Shown here in pieces: positions 37,304 through 48,180 of a stretch of 50,413 nucleotides of DNA (position 1 is the stretch's first letter; every line of letters begins with the position of its first letter). The notes below the pieces were generated by a model. It was not told where the DNA came from, did not search any database, and was given only the letters and a program-made list of their open reading frames with translations. Position numbers and translations under genes: made by a program. Origin of the DNA: Hyphochytrium catenoides (taxonomy: Eukaryota > Protista > Hyphochytriomycota); contig FLMG01001604.1 in the NCBI GenBank assembly GCA_900088475.1, forward strand, positions 1-50,413, given 5' to 3'.

Positions 37304-39748
37304 ATGTCGAGTTCGCCGAACTGCGACCCGGAGCTCTGCACCAGCATTTCTCAGATTGGAGATTGGTGGACGTGCATCCAGAACGAGGGTGAAGAATGGA
37401 AGCTTGTGGTGGCCCTAGTGCTGATCTTTTTGGCCTCTTTTCTGCCCATGATTATGGTCCGGCTCATCGTACTTGTGATCAAGAAGATCAAGGCTCTCAA
37501 GGAGTGCGTAACTTTAGCTCCCACCGCCCTTTCACCTGCGGTTCTATGACTTCTCCTTTTTTGACAGACGCGGACAAAAGTCTGCTCCTTTGCATTTAAC
37601 GCGGCCAGACTCCCCTAGACTGGTATCCTCCTGTCATTATTACCTATTCCAAACTGCATTTGAGAGCCTGCTTGTCTAGTCTTCCTAGTACTGACAGTTC
37701 CCATCGCTCTATCTCCGTCTCTTGGACCAACATGATCGCTCCGTCCCAGTGTGGCAGAGGACTTCCAGCGGCTTGCTCTATGGTCCACGACAGGACTACT
37801 GAGTGCGACCCTTGTATGGCTCGGACTATTGGCCTCCGGTCTATTGCCTTACTTCTGCAATTTCCCTCTATGGATATGGGGCGTCTTCTTCATCATCTGG
37901 CTGAACGCCATGTTCAATGTCAGCGAAAGGGTAAGCGGAAACCTTACCAATTCTGTTCATCCCGACTTCTTTTCCTCCGCAGGGCCGTCACTCCTCTTTC
38001 TCCCTGTATTTCTTACCCTTTGCTCTATCATTGTTTGTGGAACCCACTTCCTATGCATTTACTTCTGTCTAGATCAAAGAGTTATCCTCTCTGTTGCCTT
38101 CAAATCGCTAACAAACTCCTGTGCATTTGTCTGTTCGCAGGCGATGATCCGTAAAATGGCGAATAACGGGCAGGACTATACCAAGAAGGTCATCATCAGC
38201 GAGTCAATAGGGGTAAGATGGTCTTGTGGGCCCTCTTCATTCCTCCAGTTTGAAGTCCCTCCCTCTTGCACCTGTCTATTAACTCACTCATTCTCTGGCT
38301 ATCTGAGCTTTCTCTCCATGCCCGTTCTCTGACAACTGTCTCTTCCCTAATGACCTCTCAGTTCCCAACGGCACTTGTTGGGTTCTTAACACCAAGACGC
38401 TTGGGCCTTTGTTCTCTCTCTTACCACGACATATGTTCCTCTAGGCGTTGAAGTTTCTTGTCATCTTGATTGTGGCCGCCATTATCTATCTCAAGGTATT
38501 CCAAGGCTATGAGGACCAGCTTCTCATCGCAGTTATAGGGATGGTGGCCTTCGGTATGGCGCTGGGATCCATGGCCACGGTGAGATTATCATGAACGTCC
38601 GTTCTCTGCCCTGTTCGTTCCCTGGTTTAGCCTCCGATATCCTTTCGTATTAGTGCTCATAAGCCTTATACTGTCTGAGTGTCTAGTGCCTGGCGACCTT
38701 CTTATTCTTGTTGCGTCTTTATCTTGATATCTTAGGTTCATAACGCGTTTGGGGGCCTCGTGTTAGTCCTCAATGAGCCTTTCAAAGTAGGGCACTTCAT
38801 TGAGATAGGGGACGTTAAGGGCGTTGTACAGCGCGTTTTTCTGCGCTATACCGAACTACAAGTTATAGATTCATCCATTGTCTTCGTCCCCAACTCGATC
38901 TTCCTCTACAAGCCGCTGGTGAATTACACAGTGAGGCCGAAGAGGAAGCTGGAGATTATCATACCGTTCTCGAAGGACACCCAAGTCAGTAAGCAGAGGG
39001 AGTTCCTAAAGGTACATCTAGGAGGGACTACGGCGTAGAGATCTCTCTCTTTTTCGTCAACCACTTGCTTGAGTGAAAGTTTTAGTTTGTTCCGTCCACA
39101 CCTATGATGCGGGCGAATACTCAGGGCCTCACACGTGAGCTGGGTTTTTGCCTTGACCTTTCTCCGGTGGTGACAGTCTCCTTGCATGTCCCTCTTTGTT
39201 GAGGTGTGCTGGAGCTGTTGGTTTTGGGGAATAATGTTCTGCTTAGACACCTAAACCCCGAGGTTCACTCGCTGTTTCCTTGTCATCTCTGATTTGGTTC
39301 TTGTTCATCCTTCTCTCTTTGCTTTGGCTTAGGAGGCGGAGCTAGTACTTCAAAATCTGCATTTTAACCTGACGTCACACGTCAATAACACTACGGACGT
39401 GCGAGAAGGAGAGCAAGATCCTCATTATTTCTTCGTCTGCATGGACGACCTCTTCAAGGCCCGCGTCTTCACATACTCCGATGAAATTGACCCCAAGAAG
39501 CATGCGATGATCAAGTCAGAGGTAAATTGAAAGGATAGGGTCATAGCAAGGGAAGAGTGGCCCAATCGACTAATGCGGTGTCCTCTTAGGTTTGGTTGGC
39601 GATGATGGAGCTGATGGAAGATCTGGGGATAGAGATGGACGAAGAGGAGGATTTCAAGCAACATGCACAACCAGTGCTCACAGAAGACGAGCCCACACAG
39701 AAGGTCGACTTTGGAAGAGAATTTAGATTTGTTCTCGACAACTGGTAG
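37304..39748 (+). CDS. MscS-family mechanosensitive ion channel, 7 exons
   Basis: N-terminal TM helices, then pore-like IAVIGMVAFGMALGSMAT|VHNAFGGLVLVLNEPFKVGHFIEIGDVKGVVQRVFLRYTELQVIDSSIVFVPNSIFLYKPLVNYTVRPKRKLEI (MscS beta domain: PF.VG, G.V..I.LRYT, VPNS, N.T). The last exon ends ...FVLDNW*. Confidence 0.9.
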
Positions 39749-40479
39749 CTCTCTACAGTCAGCGACGAAGCGACGACGTACAGCCTAAAGTTGGATGCAT
39801 TTCCACTCCTCTTGGCGTAATATTCAAGGACCCCATCTAATGCTCTACGCTATAACATGGCGAGGGTAGATGTGGATGTGATGGCGGCAAACAAGAATCT
39901 AGAGAGACCGAAGACAGACTCCAGCACCCACAAAGGACCCAGGCAAGCTACCTGCTGCGTATTGGCCATATGTTGCCTCTTTTGCCAAACAGGGTCCTGA
40001 CATGTGGGCTTCATGATGTGCTTCCTATAGACATCTTTTGGGAAAGAAGTGATCTCTTGGATAAAACATATGCTGATGAAGTTAGCCTTTGAGATAAAAG
40101 GTGGCTTGTAGGCTAACCTTTCACATTAGGCACAGACTCTGTTCGAAGAGGAAGGTTAGTATGTAAACTGCCCTTGTAACAGAATGCGTTCAAGCCAAGC
40201 AGCTGTCCCTCTCGGCATGCGCGATGGCACAGACAACCCTTTCCGATTTCATCTCCATAAAAACCTTCATGACCAGGCGCTGGTTGATCCCGATAGGCGC
40301 GGCGCTGTGCCAAATGATAGTATCATCAACATACCCTCCATTTCTCTAAGGCTATGCTTTGGCAGGCCTTCAGCTTGATCCTTGATTATCCATATTGCCT
40401 ACCGTCCTCCGTCGGGCGCCGCCCGGACTTCGATGACTGCCTTTTCTGATCTCTGTTCATGTCACTTGTACCAAAGCCC

Positions 40480-41311
40480 CAAATTGTTCGAGAAACTTCA
40501 ATAGGTAACAGGAGAAACAAGGGCCTGAACTTGAATGAGTTGACAGCACCGACGGTTGCCGGCAAAACCCCCAGCATTTCCAGGTGCTATGTGCCTAGAG
40601 AGAAGATCAACTCTGTGAGTGGTCTCACAGTTTGCAGAAGCACTCTGACTTGGGACTACTGCTCTAGCTGTTTTTGGACAGAACCGCAGAAGAAGGTTTG
40701 AACTGAAACACCCAGACAAGCATAGAGCAAGAGAAGAGCTAACAGTTGCTGCAGACAATACTTGCACAAGTCATCATCATATAGCAAAAGACGCCGTTGG
40801 CAGATCAAGGTCAGTCGCTATGCATAGAGTAGTCCTTCGGTCACAGATCTCCGTCTAAAGATGCAATATTCAAAGTCTACGAAGCAAGCTTCTTCTTAGC
40901 ACTAGCACTTGGACTTCCAACAAGATCTCGCACCGCCGTATCAGCTATTATTTATCGGAGTTTGTCTACTGCCGGCGGCGCTGCAGTGTCGCCAACGCGC
41001 ATGGGCTATGCAGCCTCTCTTTCCTATCACGGCTGTTTATCTGTCAGTCAGGAAGTGACGCGTGCAGCAGCAGAGCAGCATTTTGTTAAGCGTTTAGAGA
41101 CAGACAAGGCGGGGAACAATAAGACAATCTCTGGGTCTGTCACAAGGGTGCTAGGGAGAGAGAGACCTCTATCATTACATCGTAGGAAATAACAGACCCA
41201 CTGGAAGAGCGATTACCTTAGGACCGTGGACGATAGAGGCATCAGATAAGGCGAGTCAAACCCACAGTGATGGCTCCGTAGTGCCATGAGTAATGACTGT
41301 TACCTTATTCC
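40480..41311 (-). mobile_element. Heavily decayed non-LTR (LINE) reverse transcriptase relic
   Basis: Collinear RT motifs on -: HYGAITVG at ~41284-41261 (cf. NYRGITVG), ACFVDFE at ~40889-40869 (cf. FVDFxKAFD), LLYDDDL...LQQLLALL..Y..LG.SV at ~40790-40700 (cf. LLYADDL..LQ.LL), AVNSFKF at ~40548-40528 (cf. V.SFKYLG). Stops and deletions lie between them. Confidence 0.55.
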
Positions 41312-41589
41312 GTGTTGCCTGCGTTTGACAGTGTCAATCTGTCAATGCGAGTGCCGTCATTCTATGGAAACAACAAACGCTCGGTGTCGCACTCTCATGA
41401 CCTTCACTCCGGATCGGGCCATCACTGCACTCTGAAGCTTCAGCCAAACTTCCTCATCATCCGGGCTGGAACTTCGCAAGTGATAATAGAGCTTCTTTCG
41501 TCATTGCTCGATTGGATACAAAGAGCTCTACCCCTCGTAATCGTTACCGATAATTCGCCTCCAAGAGACTGCTTTGTCTAGAAGATAAG

Positions 41590-42639
41590 ATGGAAGAAAC
41601 CAGCACGGACGCCATTTCCGCTGAGAAGCCAACGGATGAGCGCCAAGCGATAGCGCCTGCGACCAGGATGATGGCCATCGTTCAGGATGAGTATGGGACT
41701 GCTGATGTTTTGAAATTTGAAGAAGTCGATCGCCCTGCAGTCAAAGCCCCGGATGAGGTGCTCATAGAGGTGAAGGCTGCAGGCGTAGATCCTGGCGTCT
41801 GGCATATTATGACTGGACTGCCGTATATCTGCCGCCTTGCTTTTGGAATACGGAGGCCTAGCAATCGAATCCGAGGCTTCGACGTCGCCGGCATCGTCCG
41901 TGCTGTTGGAAGCCAAGTAACGCGCCTTCAGCCTGGAGATGAGGTATTTGGAAATTGCTATGCCTCCTTTGCAGAATACTCTCTTGCCAAGGAAAGCACT
42001 CTGACCAAGAAGCCGGCAAACATCACCTTTGAACAAGCTGCATCCGCCCCAATCTCAGCCATCACTGCCATCCATGCACTGAGAGACACAGCCCAAGTAA
42101 AGGCTGGTGATAAAGTAGCTGTAATTGGTGCGGCAGGAGGCGTGGGATCCTTTGCGGTGCAGCTTGCTAAGCACTATGGAGCAGAGGTGACAGGAATCTG
42201 CAGCACCGCGAAAGTTGAACGAGTTAGGTCTCTTGGCGCTGACTATGTCATTGACTATACCAAGGAGGATTTCACTGAGAAAGGTCCAGTCTTCGACGTT
42301 ATTCTTGACACAGCGGGTAACAGACCTTTAGCGACCCTTAGACGGGCGCTAGCCCCAAAGGGTGCCCTCGCCCTGGTGGGAGGTGAAGGAGCTGGAGATT
42401 TTTTTGGCCTTGGCCGCCAGCTTAAAGCTCTTTTTCTGTCACCCTTCACGTCTCAACGTTTGGGAGTTGTGATGTCGATGATCAACGATCACAAGGATCT
42501 GGATACACTCAAGGATCTTCTCGAGGCTGGCACGATCATCCCGCTGATGGACAAGAGCTACCCTTTGAAAGATGCTGCTGAAGCTGTGCGCTACATTGAG
42601 AAGGGCCACGCTGGTGGAAAAGTGGTACTGACTATCTGA
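41590..42639 (+). CDS. Zn-free medium-chain dehydrogenase/reductase (NAD(P)-dependent, quinone-oxidoreductase type), intronless, bacterial-like
   Basis: Single 349-aa ORF: MAIVQDEYG..DVL...EVLIEVKAAGVDPGVWHIMTGLPY, G.DVAG.V.AVG..VT..QPGDEVFG, SFAEY, KPANITFEQAA, Rossmann IGAAGGVGSFAVQLAK, LGADYVIDYT, GHAGGKVVLTI. It lacks the structural-Zn 4-Cys cluster and the GHE motif. Confidence 0.93.
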   Translation: MEETSTDAISAEKPTDERQAIAPATRMMAIVQDEYGTADVLKFEEVDRPAVKAPDEVLIEVKAAGVDPGVWHIMTGLPYICRLAFGIRRPSNRIRGFDVAGIVRAVGSQVTRLQPGDEVFGNCYASFAEYSLAKESTLTKKPANITFEQAASAPISAITAIHALRDTAQVKAGDKVAVIGAAGGVGSFAVQLAKHYGAEVTGICSTAKVERVRSLGADYVIDYTKEDFTEKGPVFDVILDTAGNRPLATLRRALAPKGALALVGGEGAGDFFGLGRQLKALFLSPFTSQRLGVVMSMINDHKDLDTLKDLLEAGTIIPLMDKSYPLKDAAEAVRYIEKGHAGGKVVLTI

Positions 42640-43423
42640 GGTCATACCTCTTGATCCGTGAAAAGCACCTCTCTCTCTTTTGTATATTCCTCTGTCATTT
42701 TGTGCACCAGGCATCCTGCATCAACTCGTACATGAGGCAGTGGTGCCGTTCATACCAGCTATCGCAGAAACAGATACCGTTACATGGCACTTAGTCCTGC
42801 CCCCAAGCAATGCTAATAATGACCATGAGCCTGCAGAGATATACAAGCCCAGGCTGGCTTGGTGGACCAGCGATTGTCAGAGACTCTTCTTTTTGTTAGT
42901 GTGTGTGGAGACGATAGTTAGCAAGGCCGTCAGTTACCTATCACATCAATAAATCTTAGTATCATTTTTGTATGGGCACCTTAGGTCAGTGTCAGATAAT
43001 GTTGAAGATTGCGCAGCTAGGTAAGGTAGTTTGAGAGCCAACTAGTGGCCAAACCCAAGGGACAGTGCAATGCACTGGATTTAGGCTTCTAGAGCAGGAG
43101 GGAAGGCCAGCTGAAGGATCATGAAGAGTGAGATTCTGAGGTGTCTTTATGTATGGACGTGGACAAGGCTACCTGAGCAAGGCAAGGGAAGCGGTGCAGC
43201 TAGAGTGCCGTGGATGCAGCGCGAGGTTAAGTGGACGGCAATACCAGTAGCAACCCGAACAAGGTCATCATCTTTATTTAGTTCTCCTCGTAAGTAAAGT
43301 TCCACTCTCTTCCCTTCCGACCCTAACCCTGCTAATCTAAGTAACAGAGAACTCTCACTTCAGACCAACGGCAGGATAACAGGGAGACAGATAAAGAGAG
43401 AAAGAACAGCTGCCAGAGGCTGC

Positions 43424-44593
43424 TTAAGCGCGCTGCTGTCTGGCAAGAGGACCAAGGAACTTGGCCTTCTCCTCGGCAGTCTGGAAGCGGCCGTGTCCGA
43501 ACTTGGAGCTGGTGTCGACGAACTTGAGGTTGATCTCCTCCAGAGCGGATCTCTTGGTGTGGACCAGGAGAGACTTGCGAAGAGTAAGAACACGCTTCTT
43601 GGTACCAGCCACACAGCCCTTGAGCATGATCCAGTCCTCGTTGATCTCACCGTAGTGAGGGAAGCCACCCATAGGGGTGATGCTCTTCTCGGTCAGATCC
43701 TGCTCGGTCTGGCAAGACTTAGCATCACCAGCAGCGCCCATGCGGTAGATCTTCTTGTTGACCTCCGTACGGTGATGGTAGCCGCGCTGACCAGAGCGGG
43801 CCACAGTGAAGGACACACGGGCAGGATGCCATGCTCCGATACAAGCGACCTTGCGCAGACCACGATGGGTCTTACGAGGAAGACGAGTGACACCCCAACG
43901 GGTGGTCACACCCTCATATCCGTGACCCTTGGTTACACCGCAGACATCGATCATCTCGTTCTGAGTGAAGACGGCGCCAACAGGTACCTGCTTCTCAAAG
44001 AGATTGCGAGCGAAGTCTACCTTATCAGCCACAGATCCGCCGTTGACCTGGACCTCAAGGAGGTGAGCCTTCTTCTGGCGAAGCTTGACCTTGCGGATCT
44101 GGGTGTGCGCGATGACACGAACAACAGTGGCGTACTTCTTGATGCGCTCAATCTCAGCCTCAATCTCCTTGGCGCCATCAGCGTACTTCTTGGCGTACTT
44201 GGTGAAGGCCTTCTTCTTGGCAGCGTACCAGTTCTTGTAGAAGCGGCGCTTGCACTCATCGCTGAGATGCTCAGCCCAGACGGTGGTCAGGGTGCGGAGA
44301 CCACGAGGGGTCTCTACATAGCCGACAATGCCGACAACCACCATAGGAGGAGTCTCCAGGATGGTGACAGCCTCGCAGACCTCCTTCTTGTGGAGCTTGG
44401 AGCCAGGTCTCTCAACATCGCGCACGATGTGGGTCATACCCGCCTTGTAGCCCATGAAGGCAGTGAGGTGAGGGGCCTTGGACTGGTCATCCTTAGGGAA
44501 AGTACGGATGCGTCCACGGTGGTGGCGGGTCCTCTTCTTAGGGAGGAACCCAAGGGAACCGCAGCGCGGATGCTCAAACTTACGGTGAGACAT
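43424..44593 (-). CDS. RPL3: 60S ribosomal protein L3 (uL3), no introns in the CDS
   Basis: [21 protein letters not shown]...[11 protein letters not shown]...[21 protein letters not shown]...[15 protein letters not shown]. The true ATG is at 44593, not the ORF-track start at 44725. Codon usage is strongly biased to C/G endings. Confidence 0.98.
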   Translation of the reverse strand: MSHRKFEHPRCGSLGFLPKKRTRHHRGRIRTFPKDDQSKAPHLTAFMGYKAGMTHIVRDVERPGSKLHKKEVCEAVTILETPPMVVVGIVGYVETPRGLRTLTTVWAEHLSDECKRRFYKNWYAAKKKAFTKYAKKYADGAKEIEAEIERIKKYATVVRVIAHTQIRKVKLRQKKAHLLEVQVNGGSVADKVDFARNLFEKQVPVGAVFTQNEMIDVCGVTKGHGYEGVTTRWGVTRLPRKTHRGLRKVACIGAWHPARVSFTVARSGQRGYHHRTEVNKKIYRMGAAGDAKSCQTEQDLTEKSITPMGGFPHYGEINEDWIMLKGCVAGTKKRVLTLRKSLLVHTKRSALEEINLKFVDTSSKFGHGRFQTAEEKAKFLGPLARQQRA

Positions 44594-44611
44594 GGTTGCA
44601 GATGAAGACTC

Positions 44612-44818
44612 CTGTTCAGTATGAGGAGGAGGAGATAATGACGCTGCAGATGCTGAGCGAAGAGAGATTCCGATGCCTGTCAGGAAAGAGCAAAAGAGAC
44701 AGGGAGAGAAAAGGAATAGAGACAAGGGATTAGAGAGGGGAGGGAGACCGATAAGGGAGGGAGACAGAGCGCCACTTAACTTGACAGAAGGGATAGAAAG
44801 AGAGGGAGAGATGAGAGA

Positions 44819-44849
<31 letters not shown>

Positions 44850-44918
44850 GCACTGGTTCAGGGCTGAGGGAGCTGATGGTGTTGGGTGGCTCTCAGCACC
44901 ACATCTTACTACGCTTAC
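44612..44918 (-). other. Probable 5'-UTR intron of RPL3
   Basis: GTAAGC donor at 44918, a CT-microsatellite body, and ACTGAACAG acceptor ending at 44612, 18 nt before the ATG. Confidence 0.6.
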
Positions 44919-45467
44919 CACATACAGCGAGAAGCATATAGTAAGATACACCATATTACTATGGCCAAGATCCAAAAGAATCAGTACTTTAGTTATCGTC
45001 AACCGGAATGGAGTGAAAGATTCTGCACTCTAATAATGTGCGTAACTCATCAGATAGAGGTCTTTTGCAGGTAAATATCCGCACGGCTAATAATGTGCTG
45101 GTCCACTCCTGTTTGTGCTCAAGTCCTCCTCTCCTGACTCTTTATAAAAAAACATCAATGCGATGGCTGTCAGTTGCACTCTGCTTCTTCGTCACTGATG
45201 AGGACGTTATTCCTGCTTTTATTTCCCTTCCCTCAGGGCCCTTCATAATTGGGATGCTTGCCTTTCACCGACCTGTTCTAGGAGAAGTGCCCAAGCTCCG
45301 CGTTGTCCTCAATAGTAAGCCATGAAGACGGAGGAAGAGCGACTTTGTTGATTTCACAGAGAAACTGTGCTTTAGCTGGCCATTAAAGGGATCCGTAGAG
45401 CAGAAGAAAGCGTATTATAGATAAGTGACTGGCAAAGACGTCGAAGACGTAAGGCAGGGTTAGGCCA

Positions 45468-47185
45468 TTAGAGCCGCTTTGTGCACTCTCTGAAGGTCCA
45501 CCCGCAGAAATAAACAGTGAAGCCAAAGACGGCAATCAGAATAACGACAATGAGGATGATAGTGTACTTCAGGTTGAGCATCATCATCGCGCACTTCAGC
45601 TTCTTCGAGTCTTTCTCGAACGCCAAGGCATTGCCTTCCAGCTTCTCTGCCTTCTTAATGAGGACATCTAGCTCCTGGGTGCGCACCATAGCCTACGGAG
45701 GACAGTAAAGGAGGGAGAAAGCAGTCAATGGTTGCGGAAGCACACTATTGAGAAGATAAGAGGCTCAGCTAAGAACCTCCAATAGAGCTCAAACATTGTA
45801 GAGGAAGAATACTCTAGAGCATCAGAATGTTGTTATGCCTGTAAGGGCAAACAGCGGTGGTAGAAAGAAGAAGGACTCCTGATTCTTGACTCACCAGGTC
45901 CAGATTCTGCATGAGTGTCTCCTTGACACCTTCAACCTGCTCTGCAACCTACAAGGTTAGGATTAGAAAATTTCCCTTCTGTCCCCGAAATCCGACATAA
46001 AGACAATCGCAGGGAATATAGGGCGAGGTTTTAGGTGTCCATAGCTGACAAAAAGAACTCATCGGCAAACGTAGTTGATGGAGGGAAGAGAGACAGACTG
46101 ACAGAGTAAGAGTGAAGGACGGTGCATGAGAAACACTGTCGGGCATACCGCCTCTGTCTCGGTGCTATATTTCCTCATGCCTCTAACGTTGAAGTCGGTC
46201 AGGAGCTCCTTCAGTCGAGGTGTGAAGGAGTCACAGGCATAAGCTATGGCCTTTGAGATCCTGTCATGGCCGAATGTGACGACGAAGTTCGACTCGACAT
46301 CTTTAAGGAACTTCTGTGCCCTGGCGGCCTTCACGGTGGCGTCACTCATGGCGAAGTAAATAATGGATCTGCTGACTCTGACGTGGAAGTAGAACTTTTT
46401 GCCGTTGTTCTCATGCATGTCTACCAGCTATAGCCAATCAAGGGGCGAGAGAGAGAAGAAGAGAGAGTGAAAGAAGAGGAGCAGAGGGAGGACTAAGGTC
46501 AGAGCCACATTCAGACATCGCGTAAGAAAGACTTGATTCCCGACTAACAAGGAAAGGCGAGGAGTAGAGACTGTGAGGAGCGCAAGTCTATCACGGCCGA
46601 GCCTATGATAAGCCTGAAACTTTTGAAGAAGACGAGAGAGATAGGAGAAGGTAGATGGAGCAATCATACACCAGCGATGAGAACTGTCTTCTAAAACGCT
46701 GAGGACATGACAACGGTGGAAGGGCAGAGAGAGACTCGAGAACAAAAGTAAAGGCTATGAAGAACAGGGAGAGGGAGAAAGAGACAAAAGAGGGAGGGAG
46801 AGAGAGGGGCGAGAACGAGAAGAGACAGCGACAGAGAGAGAGAGAAACAGAAGAAAGAAGAGAAAACCAGAAGTCAGCGAACAAAAAGAGAAAGCTACTA
46901 ATAGGTGAAAGAGGACCCCGAAGGAGGAGACATCAGACGGACCTCGGCATCCTTGTCAGTGGGAATCTTCCCTAACAAAGTCCTTGTGAATGTAGTGCTT
47001 GAGAAAGAGACCTCACTGTATTCACAAAGGACATCTGTGCCTTTAGAGATGAGGATGAGATGGATCCTAGGAGGTCCATCACCCAGGAGAATTGAAGACG
47101 ACGAGGAGCGATGGGTCTCCTTCAAGGACTTCCGACGATTCTCGGAAGAGCGTTTCTTCTCCATTAAGGAGCGTCGTCTCTCCAT
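45468..47185 (-). CDS. VAMP7: VAMP7-like longin R-SNARE, 4 exons
   Basis: Exons ~47185-46942, ~46427-46149, ~45948-45895 and ~45692-45468. Longin domain: IHLILISKGTDVLCEYS...TRTLLGKIP...FYFHV...IYFAMSD...FLKDVESNF...AIAYA. SNARE motif: VEGVKETLMQNLDLAMVRTQELDVLIKKAEKLEGNALAFEKDSKKLK, with the zero-layer Arg. C-terminal TM followed by CG..F..C. Confidence 0.88.
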
Positions 47186-47754
47186 TGCTCTCTCTCTCTC
47201 TCTGTGTTTTCCTCGTACTCCACTTCTTTCGGCCTGTTAGACGATCCTTTGCGAAGTCAGGGCTCTTCCATCCTCAGGAGCCTCCCGCAGGAAGAGATCT
47301 CTCTCTTTCCCCTATTGTCTCCTCGTCCTTGTTGCCTCAGACCGCTGTTCGTCGCCAAGTAAATCTTTCTTAGGATAGAGCTAGAGAAATGAAGCCGGGA
47401 TTATGCGGAAGAGAAAGTGGGAGCCAGCAGAGGCGGATTATGAGCAGCAAAAGACGCTCATAGTCACCTCTTGACCGGTGTTTGGGTCTGTGATAATCCC
47501 TCCTCTCTCCTTCTTTACCATATCCTCTTTCTACTCTTACTCCGTTTGTCGGGCTGATGAACTGAGGTCTGTATCTCCTTGTCGTTAGCCCAAAAGAGGA
47601 GGGAGAGGCCTCCAAGCTAGCGTCAAGAATTGCCGCATCGCGAACCTCCTGGCCCAGGACTGACAGGAAGGGATGACGGGGGTTAGGAAGTATAAGATGA
47701 AGAGTCGGCTGATACTCTTGTCCAAGGATAACGGTATGTAAAAGAGAAAGGAGA

Positions 47755-48180
47755 GCTTGAGAGATGGAGAGAACGCAGAGGCTAGCTGAACGTGAAGAGA
47801 GAGGGAGAAAGCGCGAGACAGAGAGAGAGAGAGAGAGAGATTTCGTCCTGAGGAGGAAGGACCAAAGGTTGTTGCTATGCCGTTTGTATGCTATGGCCTT
47901 CTGGCTGGCCTTCTGCCTCTGATGTTTCTCACTTCTATTCTTCTTTCTCTCTTTCTAGCTCTCTCACTCTCTCTCTCTCACTGTCTCTCTCTCTGTCTCT
48001 CACTCTCACGCTCTCTTTCTCTTCTTTGTTCTCCCTAGTCCTCCGCATCTCGTCCTTCGGCAGCCGCCCCTCTCGTTCTTTCTGATCTCTCTCTCTCTGT
48101 CTCGCTCTTTAATCTATCTCTCTGTCTCTCTCTGTCTCTCTCTGTCTCTCACTCTCACTCTCTTGCACTCACTCTGTCTC
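47755..48180. repeat. (GA)n / (CT)n microsatellite-rich low-complexity tract
   Basis: GA run at ~47820-47840, then CT/CTCA/CTGT runs at 47945-48180. Confidence 0.85.

Noticed and set aside
41578-42036. 152-aa - strand ORF
   Set aside because: Antisense to the oxidoreductase, with no recognisable motif.
43321-43340. CCCTAACCCT telomere-like sequence
   Set aside because: Fewer than two units, in the RPL3 3' flank; expected by chance.
43493-44605. 370-aa + strand ORF
   Set aside because: Antisense shadow of RPL3, caused by its strong codon bias.
44594-44725. N-terminal extension of RPL3 in the ORF track
   Set aside because: It runs through the 5' UTR and intron; the conserved start is MSHRKF at 44593.
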